DNA of 64,000 nt from Octopus vulgaris (lineage: Eukaryota): positions 137,020,001-137,084,000 of the forward strand of contig OX597816.1 in assembly GCA_951406725.2 (NCBI GenBank), read 5' to 3'. Below are positions 12,212 to 24,140 of the stretch, piece by piece. Within the stretch, counting starts at the first letter, position 1. Each line of letters opens with the position of its first letter. Position numbers and translations under genes: made by a program. Below the pieces are notes generated by a model, which saw only the letters and a list, made by a program, of their open reading frames with translations, searched no databases and had not been told where the DNA came from.

Positions 12212-13699
12212 ATGATATCCAGAACATTTTTTTTCCTTTTCTTAATTATATTAACAGTGAAAAGTGAAAATAATACGTTTGGAAATGTTATGGAAAAGAT
12301 TGTGTCGGAATACAGTAATTCGACGTCAACTGACAACAACTATGCTCCGTGGTTTTTTGAACAAATGATAAAGCTTCTAAACTGCGGTCCTTTACCGAAA
12401 TTAAACAACAGTCAAATACAATATACTTTGAAATGGGAAGAGGAAAAAATACACCTGCAACAAAAGTGCAACCGCTATTATGAAGCAAGCGTAGAGAATA
12501 CAGCCGATATTATTTGTTGGAATGGTAAATGGATGTATGAAGATAGAAAATGTAAGTTAATAACTTGCCCGATTTTTCCTAAACCTGCAAACAGTTTCAT
12601 GATAAATGTTGCATACACATATAACTCTGTTATTCGCTTTTCCTGTGTTTCTGATTATATTTTGCGAGGAAACAATACAATACGTTGTCAAGAAAATAAA
12701 CAGTGGTCGTCTCTACCACCAATCTGTGAAATTGTTAAATGTCTCCCACCGCATCCACCCAAACATGGCAATGTAAACAATACAAATGAAGTTGAAATTA
12801 ACGAAACAATTCACTACAGTTGCTTAAAACCTTATAATCTGAAAGGTGAATCTGTATTAACTTGTCTTCAAGGCGGTAGCTGGAGCTTTCCGGCACCTGT
12901 CTGCATTTTGAAATGTGTTGTACCTGAAATTGCTGGCAGAGTTGTGACTATTTCTGAAGGTACAATTTTAAAACCAAGAACCTTAATCAATCAAGGAGAG
13001 AAAGTGTTATATTCGTGCAAACGATCCTTCATTCCTGTCGCATTTGGAGTCGTTCAATGCTTTTCAAGTAAATGGTATCCAGACATACTTTGCAGAAAAA
13101 CGTGCAAAATTGAGAAACTACATGGATTAAATTATATTTTGTCACATAATTTTTCAGTTATTGAATATAGCTGTTCAGCAGGAGAAACATTGTTGGGTTA
13201 TTCTAAAAGGACCTGTTTAGAAAATGGAACGTGGAGTGGAAAACTTCCACAGTGTGTAAAGTACTGTCAATTGTTACCCGTGTTTGGCATATACAGCTAC
13301 CGAAATTCAGACACTTTGCAATATCTTCCGTTTGGCAGCACAGTCTTAGAAAATACGAATATTATGTATTCATGTCAACTTCCTTATGTGAAGAGCTCAA
13401 GTAAGAATGTGATGTGTCGTAATGGCATTTTGACCCCCAAACCACGCTGTTCATTTAGAGATATTCAGTTGATAAATTCTGAAGTCAGTTTTACTCATTT
13501 ATCGTCAAACTATTATGTTTGTGAAACAAAATACACTTGCAAATTTTTTGGTTACAGACAGAAACCATGCAGCTATAATAGGTGTCAATATTATGGAAAC
13601 AATCGATGTGTCCAACTAGGCTTTAACAATGCAACATCAGAAATATATATTAGTGCAAATACTACTAATTGTTGTGCTATGCAATGTTATGATGATTAA
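12212..13699 (+). CDS. Secreted six-CCP (sushi/SCR) domain protein with 8-Cys C-terminal domain, copy A (495 aa, single exon)
   Basis: Signal peptide MISRTFFFLFLIILTVKS; six four-Cys modules with the C..P..(Y/F)xC..C..W..PxC pattern (module 6 lacks the Trp); no TM or GPI tail; many N-glycosylation sequons; ATG at 12212 matches the paralog starts. Confidence 0.93.
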   Translation: MISRTFFFLFLIILTVKSENNTFGNVMEKIVSEYSNSTSTDNNYAPWFFEQMIKLLNCGPLPKLNNSQIQYTLKWEEEKIHLQQKCNRYYEASVENTADIICWNGKWMYEDRKCKLITCPIFPKPANSFMINVAYTYNSVIRFSCVSDYILRGNNTIRCQENKQWSSLPPICEIVKCLPPHPPKHGNVNNTNEVEINETIHYSCLKPYNLKGESVLTCLQGGSWSFPAPVCILKCVVPEIAGRVVTISEGTILKPRTLINQGEKVLYSCKRSFIPVAFGVVQCFSSKWYPDILCRKTCKIEKLHGLNYILSHNFSVIEYSCSAGETLLGYSKRTCLENGTWSGKLPQCVKYCQLLPVFGIYSYRNSDTLQYLPFGSTVLENTNIMYSCQLPYVKSSSKNVMCRNGILTPKPRCSFRDIQLINSEVSFTHLSSNYYVCETKYTCKFFGYRQKPCSYNRCQYYGNNRCVQLGFNNATSEIYISANTTNCCAMQCYDD

Positions 13700-14776
13700 T
13701 GTACATAAAATTTATGTTTGTTCTTGCTTGCAATCTTTACATTCAGTTATGACATCGCATAACATTCAGTTATGACAACGTAATGGAAGTCGTTGTACTT
13801 ACGCATATGTGCTTGTTCCTGACATTTATCGTAATATATATAATTGGAAACAGACGTAAAATTTAAACTCGCCTTATAAACCGGCCTTTCAGTCAAAATG
13901 CACACATCAGTAAACTGAGAAGACATTTTTAACAACTTAAAATTGCATTCGTTGTGGCACTCAAGTATCACGGGGATCTTTGATACTAATTTCTATTTAT
14001 CACGTCCCAGGAGGGTATGTTTTCAAGAGAAATTATTTGAACTTGACCGTCAATTCCAAGATCAGTGTAGTATAATTCATATGAGTTTTATATTTGTTAT
14101 TGGCGCTCTCTTTGCCACTTCCCCTCTCTCATTGCTGAGTGCTTTCATGTGTTTACACAAATAGATTGTTATAATATTATTTGGCCCCGTGCCGACAAAA
14201 ATGACGGCTAACTGGGTAATTTTTCAGAGTAACACCTGCACGATTTTCGCAAAGAAAAAAAAAATAACTCGGATTTTTTTGCTTGGAATCAAGTACACTG
14301 TCCTCCTAATATGCTGCAAATCCCTTATTTTGGTTCGAGAATAGTTTGTCTAATAAAATGGAGATTATGATTTTGAAAAAAAAATTCCTTTTCCAGTATT
14401 TGATTTCTTTATTTTTAAAATTTCTTTTGTTTTTATTTAACTTTCCTTCAAAAGATTTTCTGCTTCATGTACTAAACAAGCAAGATTGTGATTGAGAAAA
14501 AAAAATCCAAATTTTAATATTTTGATTTTATTGTTTTCTTCTCTAATTTCGATAGTTTTTTTTTCTTTCTGACTATTGTTTTGGAAACGTCACTCCTTCA
14601 AACAGATTTAAACGTAAAATATTACGGTTATGCGAAAATAGAATTTTTACAAATTCAGCAGCTTCATCGGATTTGGTGTATTTTAAAACATAGCTGGTCA
14701 CAAATACATGAGTGCGCACATGTAATCGTGTGTGTGTACACGAGTGTGTACATACATACATACATACATACATACA

Positions 14777-14812
<36 letters not shown>

Positions 14813-14880
14813 TATGTTTCTATATCCAAATTGAAGGAGTAGAGCAGGTAATATCCTGGCTACATATGTTTCTTATCTAG

Positions 14881-15150
14881 CAGATCCTCTGATATAATAA
14901 TAACGAGGGGGACGCAACTATCTACGCATCTGGCTAATGAGACCTTAATTATATAATGGTTACATTGACGATACGGAATTTCGAGTTAGGTCGCTGAAGA
15001 TAAAATTTGAAACTTTCAAATTTGTTTCTTCCTGCGAGTTAACTTGGGATTCTATATCGACAATGTGACCTTTACCCAATTGAGGTACCTTCACCCTAAT
15101 AAATAGGTAGCTGAGTACCCGTCGTTGAGTAACTATCATAACAGGATCTG
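14881..15150. mobile_element. MITE-like palindromic element (copies at 21368-21636 and ~53388-53610)
   Basis: CAGATCCT...AGGATCTG termini with long imperfect inverted arms. Confidence 0.55.
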
Positions 15151-15561
15151 AAGAAATATATGTAGCTTGGATTTTACACACACACACATATACTCACTCA
15201 GTCGAAGCACTTGATCTTTTTTCACCGTACGACTTCCATCATCCCACTACCAAGTTTGCCATCACCCCATCCTTTCTCATTCAGATGTTGCGACGGAGAA
15301 AGGCACAAACTTCCATTACCCACTACCAAGTTTGCCATCACCCTTTCCTTCCTTATTCATCTATAAACCCCTCCCTTTCTCATTCATATGCTGTGATGGA
15401 GAAATACACATCAGCTTATCGAACCTCGATATGAGAAAAGCCAACAACCTTCGACGGCAACAAATAATTATCGTTCCTGTTGATCCGGAACGTTGTTTTA
15501 ATACCTACCATGGACTGCTCGAAGCTTATAAACTTTCTACATGGATCTCGTGTACACACAA

Positions 15562-15627
<66 letters not shown>

Positions 15628-15849
15628 GCACGCACGCACATATCAAAACAGAAGTGTGGGACAAATTTCTTGATATATTTTATTTTCACACGTTAAAAAT
15701 TGTACATGTAGTATAAACATGAAAAGAAATAACCTCTTAGAAAATTTTTAGACAGAGGATCAAATAATCCAAAATTTACATTTGGTTAAAGCGCTTTGTA
15801 TATAGTTAGTTATTAATCAAGATTCGTATAGATAACTGGGATATATATA

Positions 15850-16505
15850 TCTCTATATTAGAATTCTGAAATGCGAAAAGTTTGTTTGTTTGTTTGTCTG
15901 GTTTTGGCATTGAGAACGGGTTAAAGGCCACTAGATCCCGTCGGATTGACTCCAAAATTTACAGGGACATGTAAAATGAGGTGAGGATGAGAGTGGGCTA
16001 GGTTAGGAATCCCCATCTTAAAAGGTGTCGTTGCTAGGGCCAAAAACGTATTTTGACAAGTCTACTCTCATTCTTTTATGTATCTGTCTTACTCCATCAC
16101 TCACTCTCTTTCCTCCCTTCCTTTCACGTTCTATGTATAACGTCGTTTCACAGCGTCTACCTCCCTTCCCTTCATTTTGTCTTTATAACGTCGTTTCACA
16201 TCGTCCTATATCTCCCCCTCCCGCCTTCGACAGCGCTTTCACACTCTCTCTCTTTACGTCTGTCTGCATTCATAGAGAGAGAATTTTCATCACCACCACC
16301 ACCACACAATCATGAGAACAAATATTATGAATCAGATATTTATTGGGTTAATTTATATATGTGTGTGTGTTCTATATATAAATATGTATATATAATGTAT
16401 ATATACAAAGTGTATATATCTGTATATATATATATATATAATTGGTATACATTTATATATATACCTCACTCTTACCCGCGCGTAGAGCGGGTCACCTTAA
16501 GCTAG
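15850..16505 (+). mobile_element. Non-autonomous Helitron
   Basis: 5' TC, 3' hairpin ACCCGCGCGTAGAGCGGGT followed by CTAG, inserted between A and T. Confidence 0.8.
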
Positions 16506-16519
16506 TATGTATATATTAT

Positions 16520-16891
16520 TTTGTTTCAGTCATTTGACTGTGGCGATGGTGGAGCACCGCCTTTAGTCGAACAAATCGACCCTAGGACTTATTCTTTGTA
16601 GCCCAAGTATTTAATCTATCGGGCTCAAGTGAGCGAACTGCTAAGTTACGGGGATGTAAACACACCAATATCGGTTGTCAAGCGATCTGGGGGACAAACA
16701 CAGATATATGAATACACGCACGGGCACACGCACGACGGGCTTCTTTCAGTTTTCATCTATTAAATCCAGCCACAAGGCTTTGGTTGGTTCGAGGCTGTAG
16801 AAGAAGACACTTGCTCAACGTGCCGCGCAGTGTGACTGAACTTGGAACCATATAGTTGGGAAGCAAGCTTCTTATCACACAGCAACGCCTG

Positions 16892-16959
<68 letters not shown>

Positions 16960-17449
16960 AAACCGAACATACGTACACAAGGCTTGCGTGTGCTGTTGGT
17001 TCGTGAGTCGGCTGCAGTTTAGGTGTAAGAAAATATATTCTCAATGCGGCTGTTGTTAAAAACACCTTTTACTCTTTTACTTGTTTCAGTTTTTTGACTG
17101 CGGCTATGCTGGAGCACCGCCTTTAGTCGAGCAAATCGACCCCAGGACATATTCTTTGTAAGCCTGGTACTTATTCTATCGGTCTCTTTTGCCGAACCGC
17201 TAAGTTCCGGGGACGTAAACACACCAGCATTTTGTTGTCAAGCGATGTTGGGGGTCAGACACACACACACACATACGCACACACACACACAGACATAGAT
17301 ACGACGGTCTTCTTTCAGTTTCCGTCTACCAAACCCACTCACAAGGCTTTGATTAGCTCGAGGCTATAGTAGAAGAGACTTGCTCAAGGTGTCACGCAGT
17401 GGGACTGACGGCTGGTAAGCAAGCTACTTACCACACAGCCGCTCCTGCA
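16520..17449 (-). mobile_element. Two tandem SINE copies (16520-16892, 17066-17449), duplicated at 23048-23941
   Basis: Reverse complement of the 11002-11408 family. Confidence 0.85.
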
Positions 17450-18560
17450 AGTAATTCCCAAGCAAGCAAGATAACACACATCATGTCCCTTCTCGGAGTG
17501 ATAGACATCGATGTTGCGTCATTGTTGTAACTTTTCAATGCCGCGTACCGAACGAGACTTGCTGCAAGCTAAATCGCCGACTATTACTATATGCTAGAAA
17601 CTCGTCGTATATATGTATATATGTATATATATATATGTGTGTGTGTATATGTTTGTGTGTCTGTGTTTGTCCCCGCAACATCGCTTGACAACCGATGGTG
17701 TAGTGTTTACGTCCCCGTAACTTAGCAGTTCGGCAAAAGAGACCGATAGAGTAAGTACTAGGCTTACAAAGAATAAGTCCTGGGATCGATTTGCCCGACT
17801 AAAGGCGGTGCTCTAGCATGGCCACAGTCAAATGACTGAAACAAGTAAACGAGAGTAAATAGAGTAAAGAGTAGAATGAACAAATTAAGTTGCTTCAGAG
17901 GGGCTGCTCCGAACAAGGGGCCCTGAAGCTTAAGCTTCATTAGTTTATGGTAGTTTTATGGTTACTGCCTGACCCACAGATATATTTCCTCTCTACCTAC
18001 GCTTCTACCGTTATTCCTATGAACTTAACCCGTTAGAACTACCTGGTCATGTACCACTTCCACTCAGACGATCTCTAGTCTCTCATTAATCCGCATTAAC
18101 TAAACCAGAACCACTAAATATTGTTTAATATAATGGTTTCTTATTTAGGCACAAGATCAATAATTTTGAGGGGATAGCGATGAGTCGGTTGCATTGACCA
18201 CAGTATTTATATGGTATTTTATTCTGTCGACCCCGAAAGGATGACAGGCAAAAATGATCTTGGCGTGATTTGAATTCAGAACGTATATAGTCAGAACAAA
18301 TACTATAAGGAATTTATTCCGATGTTCTAATGGTAATATAACTCGTAAAACATATGTAAATTAGTTTGTACAAATAGGGTGCGCACTAACATTTGTACAA
18401 ATAGGTTTTCTATAACATAAGCCAGACTATAACGTTAAACAGTCTCGGTCGAAATCTCGTCCACTACTTTTATTCATACACCCTATTCTCCCTCTAACTA
18501 AAAAATGTCTCAATTTCAAATTAAAACTAAACGAAGTTGTTTTCTAGGAAATAATTGTGG

Positions 18561-18594
18561 ATTGGAGGAGAGGAAGGTTAGCGAGCGTATAAAA
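18561..18594 (+). promoter_or_regulatory. Putative core promoter of copy B (ATTGG 18561-18565, TATAAAA 18588-18594)
   Basis: Identical to the copy A motifs. Confidence 0.65.
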
Positions 18595-18693
18595 GGCGCA
18601 CTAAAGTATACATTGAAATTAAAACGAGCAAGCAGCTACACTTTAAAAATCATAATCCTTTTCATGAAAGAAAAAGTTCATTGAAACAGAGAG

Positions 18694-20181
18694 ATGATAT
18701 CCAGAACATTTTTTTTCCTTTTCTTAATTATATTAACAGTGAAAAGTGAAAATAATACGTTTGGAAATGTTATGAAAACGATTGTGTCGGAATACAGTAA
18801 TTCGACGTCAACTGACAACAACTATGCTCCGTGGTTTTTTGAACAAATGATAAAGCTTCTAAACTGCGGTCCTTTACCGAAATTAAACAACAGTCAAATA
18901 CAATATACTTTGAAATGGGAAGAGGAAAAAATACACCTGCAACAAAAGTGCAACCGCTATTATGAAGCAAGCGTAGAGAATACAGCCGATATTATTTGTT
19001 GGAATGGTAAATGGATGTATGAAGATAGAAAATGTAAGTTAATAACTTGCCCGATTTTTCCTAAACCTGCAAACAGTTTCATGATAAATGTTGCATACAC
19101 ATATAACTCTGTTATTCGCTTTTCCTGTGTTTCTGATTATATTTTGCGAGGAAACAATACAATACGTTGTCAAGAAAATAAACAGTGGTCGTCTCTACCA
19201 CCAATCTGTGAAATTGTTAAATGTCTCCCACCGCATCCACCCAAACATGGCAATGTAAACAATACAAATGAAGTTGAAATTAACGAAACAATTCACTACA
19301 GTTGCTTAAAACCTTATAATCTGAAAGGTGAATCTGTATTAACTTGTCTTCAAGGCGGTAGCTGGAGCTTTCCGGCACCTGTCTGCATTTTGAAATGTGT
19401 TGTACCTGAAATTGCTGGCAGAGTTGTGACTATTTCTGAAGGTACAATTTTAAAACCAAGAACCTTAATCAACCAAGGAGAGAAAGTGTTATATTCGTGC
19501 AAACGATCCTTCATTCCTGTCGCATTTGGAGTCGTTCAATGCTTTTCAAGTAAATGGTATCCAGACATACTTTGCAGAAAAACGTGCAAAATTGAGAAAC
19601 TACATGGATTAAATTATATTTTGTCACATAATTTTTCAGTTATTGAATATAGCTGTTCAGCAGGAGAAACATTGTTGGGAGATTCTAAAAGGACCTGTTT
19701 AGAAAATGGAACGTGGAGTGGAAAACTTCCACAGTGTGTAAAGTACTGTCAATTGTTACCCGTGTTTGGCATATACAGCTACCGAAATTCAGACACTTTG
19801 CAATATCTTCCGTTTGGCAGCACAGTCTTAGAAAATACGAATATTATGTATTCATGTCAACTTCCTTATGTGAAGAGCTCAAGTAAGAATGTGATGTGTC
19901 GTAATGGCATTTTGACCCCCAAACCACGCTGTTCATTTAGAGATATTCAGTTGATAAATTCTGAAGTCAGTTTTACTCATTTATCGTCAAACTATTATGT
20001 TTGTGAAACAAAATACACTTGCAAATTTTTTGGTTACAGACAGAAATCATGCAACTATAATAAGTGTCAATATTATGGAAACGCTCGATGTGTCCAACTA
20101 GGCTTTAACAATGCAACATCAGAAATGTATATTAGTGCAAAGACTACTAATTGTTGTGCTATGCAATGTTATGATGATTAA
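18694..20181 (+). CDS. Secreted six-CCP domain protein with 8-Cys C-terminal domain, copy B (495 aa, single exon)
   Basis: Intact ORF; 9 aa differences from copy A. Confidence 0.93.
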   Translation: MISRTFFFLFLIILTVKSENNTFGNVMKTIVSEYSNSTSTDNNYAPWFFEQMIKLLNCGPLPKLNNSQIQYTLKWEEEKIHLQQKCNRYYEASVENTADIICWNGKWMYEDRKCKLITCPIFPKPANSFMINVAYTYNSVIRFSCVSDYILRGNNTIRCQENKQWSSLPPICEIVKCLPPHPPKHGNVNNTNEVEINETIHYSCLKPYNLKGESVLTCLQGGSWSFPAPVCILKCVVPEIAGRVVTISEGTILKPRTLINQGEKVLYSCKRSFIPVAFGVVQCFSSKWYPDILCRKTCKIEKLHGLNYILSHNFSVIEYSCSAGETLLGDSKRTCLENGTWSGKLPQCVKYCQLLPVFGIYSYRNSDTLQYLPFGSTVLENTNIMYSCQLPYVKSSSKNVMCRNGILTPKPRCSFRDIQLINSEVSFTHLSSNYYVCETKYTCKFFGYRQKSCNYNKCQYYGNARCVQLGFNNATSEMYISAKTTNCCAMQCYDD

Positions 20182-21243
20182 TGTACATAAAATTTATGTT
20201 TGTTCTTGCTCGCAATCTTTACATTCAGTTATGACATCGCATAACATTCAGTTATGACAACGTAATGGAAGTCGTTGTACTTACGCATATGTGCTTGTTC
20301 CTGACATTTATCGTAATATATATAATTGGAAACAGACGTAAAATTTAAACTCGCCTTATAAACCGGCCTTTCAGTCAAAATGTACACATCAGTAAACTGA
20401 GAAGACATTTTTAACAACTTAAAATTGCATTCGTTGTGGCACTCAAGTATCACGGGGATCTTTGATACTAATTTCTATTTATCATATCCCAGGATGGTAT
20501 GTTTTCAAGAGAAATTATTTGAACTTGACCGTCAATTCCAAGATCAGTGTAGTATAATTCATATGAGTTTTATATTTGTTATTGGCGCTCTCTTTGCCAC
20601 TTCCCCTCTCTCATTGCTGAGTGCTTTCATGTGTTTACACAAACAGATTATTATAATATTATTTGGCCCCGTGCCGACAAAAATGACGGCTAACTGGGTA
20701 ATTTTTCAGAGTAACACCTGCACGATTATCGCAAAGAAAAAAAAAAAACTCGGATTTTTTTGCTTGGAATCAAGTACACTGTCCTCCTAATATGCTGCAA
20801 ATCCCTTATTTTGGTTCGAGAATAGTTTGTTTAATAAAATGGAGATTATGATTTTGAAAAGAAAAAAATTCCTTTTCCAGTATTTGATTTCTTTATTTTA
20901 AAATTTCTTTTGTTTTTATTTAACTTTCCTTCAAAAGATTTTCTGCTTCATGTACTAAACAAGCAAGATTGTGATTGAGAAATAAAAATCCAAATTTTAA
21001 TATTTTGATTTTATTGTTTCCTTCTCTAATTTTGATAGTTTTTTTTTCTTTCTGACTATTGTTTCGGAAACGTTTCCCAGACTCACTCCTTCAAACAGAT
21101 TTAAACGTAAAATATTACGGTTATGCGAAAATAGAATTTTTACAAATTCAGCAGCTTCATCGGATTTGGTGTATTTTAAAACATAGCTGCTCACAAATAC
21201 ATGCGTGCGCACATGTAATCGTGTGTGTGTGTGCACGAGTGTG

Positions 21244-21305
<62 letters not shown>

Positions 21306-22058
21306 TCTATATCCAAATTGAAGGAGTAGAGCAGGTAGTATCCTGGCTACATATGTTTCTTATCTAGCAGATCCTCTGATATAATAATAACGAGGGGTAC
21401 GCAACTATCTACGCATCGGGCGATGAGACCTTAATTATATAATGGTTATATTGACGATACGGAATTTCGAGTTAGGTCGCTGAAGATAAAATTTGAAACT
21501 TTCAAATTTGTTTCTTCCTGCGAGTTAACTTGGGATTCTATATCGACAATGTGACCTTTACCCAATTAAGGTACCTTCACCCTAATAAATAGGTAGCTGA
21601 GTACCCGTCGTTGAGTAACTATCATAACAGGATCTGAAGAAATATATGTAGCTTGGATTTTACACACACACACACACATATACTCACTCAGTCGAAGCAC
21701 TTGATTTTTTTTCACCGTACGACTTCCATCATCCCACTACCAAGTTTGCCATCACCCCATCCTTTCTCATTCAGATGTTGCGACGGAGAAAGGCACAAAC
21801 TTCCATTACCCACTACCAAGTTTGCCATCACCCTTTCCTTCCTTATTCATCTATAAACCCCTCCCTTTCTCATTCATATGCTGTGATGGAGAAATACACA
21901 TCAGCTTATCGAACCTCGATATGAGAAAAGCCAACAACCTTCGACGGCAACAAATAATTATCGTTCCTGTTGATCCGGAACGTTGTTTTAATACCTACCA
22001 TGGACTGCTCGAAGCTTATAAACTTTCTACATGGATCTCGTGTACACACACACGCACG

Positions 22059-22163
<105 letters not shown>

Positions 22164-22385
22164 GCACGCACGCACATATCAAAACAGAAGTGTGGGAAAA
22201 ATTTCTTGATATATTTTATTTTCACATGTTAAAAATTGTACATGTAGTATAAACATGAAAAGAAATAACTTGTTAGAAAATTTTTAGACAGAGGATCAAA
22301 TAATCCAAAATTTACTTTTGGTTAAAGCGCTTTGTATATAGCTAGTTATTAATCAAGATTCGTATAGATAACTGGGATATATATA

Positions 22386-23033
22386 TCTCTATATTAGAAT
22401 TCTGAAATGCGAAAAGTTTGTTTGTTTGTTTGTCTGGTTTTGGCATTGAGAACGGGTTAAAGGCCACTAGATCCCGTCGGATTGACTCCAAAATTTACAG
22501 GGACATGTAAAATGAGGTGAAGATGCGAATGGGCTAGGTTAGGAATCCCCATCTTAAAAGGTGTCGTTGCTAGGGCCAAAAACGCACTTTGACAAGTCTA
22601 CTCTCATTCTTTTATGTATCTGTCTTACTCCATCACTCACTCTCTTTCCTCCCTTCCTTTCACGTTCTATGTATAACGTCGTTTCACAGCGTCTACCTCC
22701 CTTCCCTTCCCTTCACTTTGTCTTTATAACGTCGTTTCACAGCGTCCTATATCTCCCCATCCCCGCCTTCGACAGCGCTTTCACACTCTCTCTTTACGTC
22801 TGTCTGCATTCATAGAGAGAGAATTTTCATCGCCACCACCACCACACAACCATGAGAACAAATATTATGAATCAGATATTTATTGGGTTAATTTATATAT
22901 GTGTGTGTGTTCTATATATAAATATGTATATATAATGTATATATACAAAGTGTATATATATATATATAATTGGCATACATTTATATATATACCACACTCT
23001 TACCCGCGCGTAGAGCGGGTCACCTTAAGCTAG
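22386..23033 (+). mobile_element. Non-autonomous Helitron (duplicated copy)
   Basis: Same TC...hairpin-CTAG structure as 15850-16505. Confidence 0.8.
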
Positions 23034-23420
23034 TATGTATATATTATTTTGTTTCAGTCATTTGACTGTGGCGATGGTGGAGCACCGCCTTTAGTCGAAC
23101 AAATCGACCCTAGGACTTATTCTTTGTAGCCCAAGTATTTAATCTATTGGGCTCAAGTGAGCGAACTGCTAAGTTACGGGGATGTAAACACACCAATATC
23201 GGTTGTCAAGCGATTTGGGGGACAAACACATATATGACTGCACGCACGGGCACACGCACGACGGGCTTCTTTCAGTTTTTATAAATTAAATCCAGCCACA
23301 AGGCTTTGGTTGGTTCGAGGCTGTAGAAGAAGACACTTGCTCAACGTGCCGCGCAGTGTGACTGAACTTGGAACCATATAGTTGGGAAGCAAGCTTCTTA
23401 TCACACAGCAACGCCTGTAT

Positions 23421-23451
<31 letters not shown>

Positions 23452-24140
23452 AAACCGAACATACGTACACAAGGCTTGCGTGTGCTGTTGGTTCGTGAGT
23501 CGGCTGCAGTTTAGGTGTAAGAAAATATATTCTCAATGCGGCTGTTGTTAAAAACACCTTTTACTCTTTTACTTGTTTCAGTTTTTTGACTGCGGCTATG
23601 CTGGAGCACCGCCTTTAGTCGAGCAAATCGACCCCAGGACATATTCTTTGTAAGCCTGGTACTTATTCTATCGGTCTCTTTTGCCGAACCGCTAAGTTCC
23701 GGGGACGTAAACACACCAGCATTTTGTTGTCAAGCGATGTTGGGGGTCAGACACACACACGCACATACGCACACACACACACAGACATACATACGACGGT
23801 CTTCTTTCAGTTTCCGTCTACCAAACCCACTCAGAAGGCTTTGATCAGCTCGAGGCTATAGTAGAAGAGACTTGCTCAAGGTGCCACGCAGTGGGACTGA
23901 CGGCTGGTAAGCAAGCTACTTACCACACAGCCGCTCCTGCAAGTAATTCCCAAGCAAGCAAGATAACTCACATCATGTCCCTTCTCGGAGTGATAGACAT
24001 CGATGTTGCGTCATTGTTGTAACTTTTCAATGCCGCGTACCGAACGAGACTTGCTGCAAGCTAAATCGCCGACTATTACTATATGCTAAATAGTTTCAGA
24101 ACCATATATTGGCATGTCCAGACGTTTCATGGCATGGTAA

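Noticed and set aside
12212-13699. Assigning a gene symbol such as CFH, SVEP1, CSMD, lev-9 or cephalotoxin
   Set aside because: Only generic CCP similarity; the diagnostic VWA, EGF, CUB, WAP, TSP1 and protease domains are absent.
13747-14164. Small ORFs downstream of A, repeated downstream of B
   Set aside because: Shared only because of the recent duplication; the homologous flank of copy C has indels and does not preserve them.
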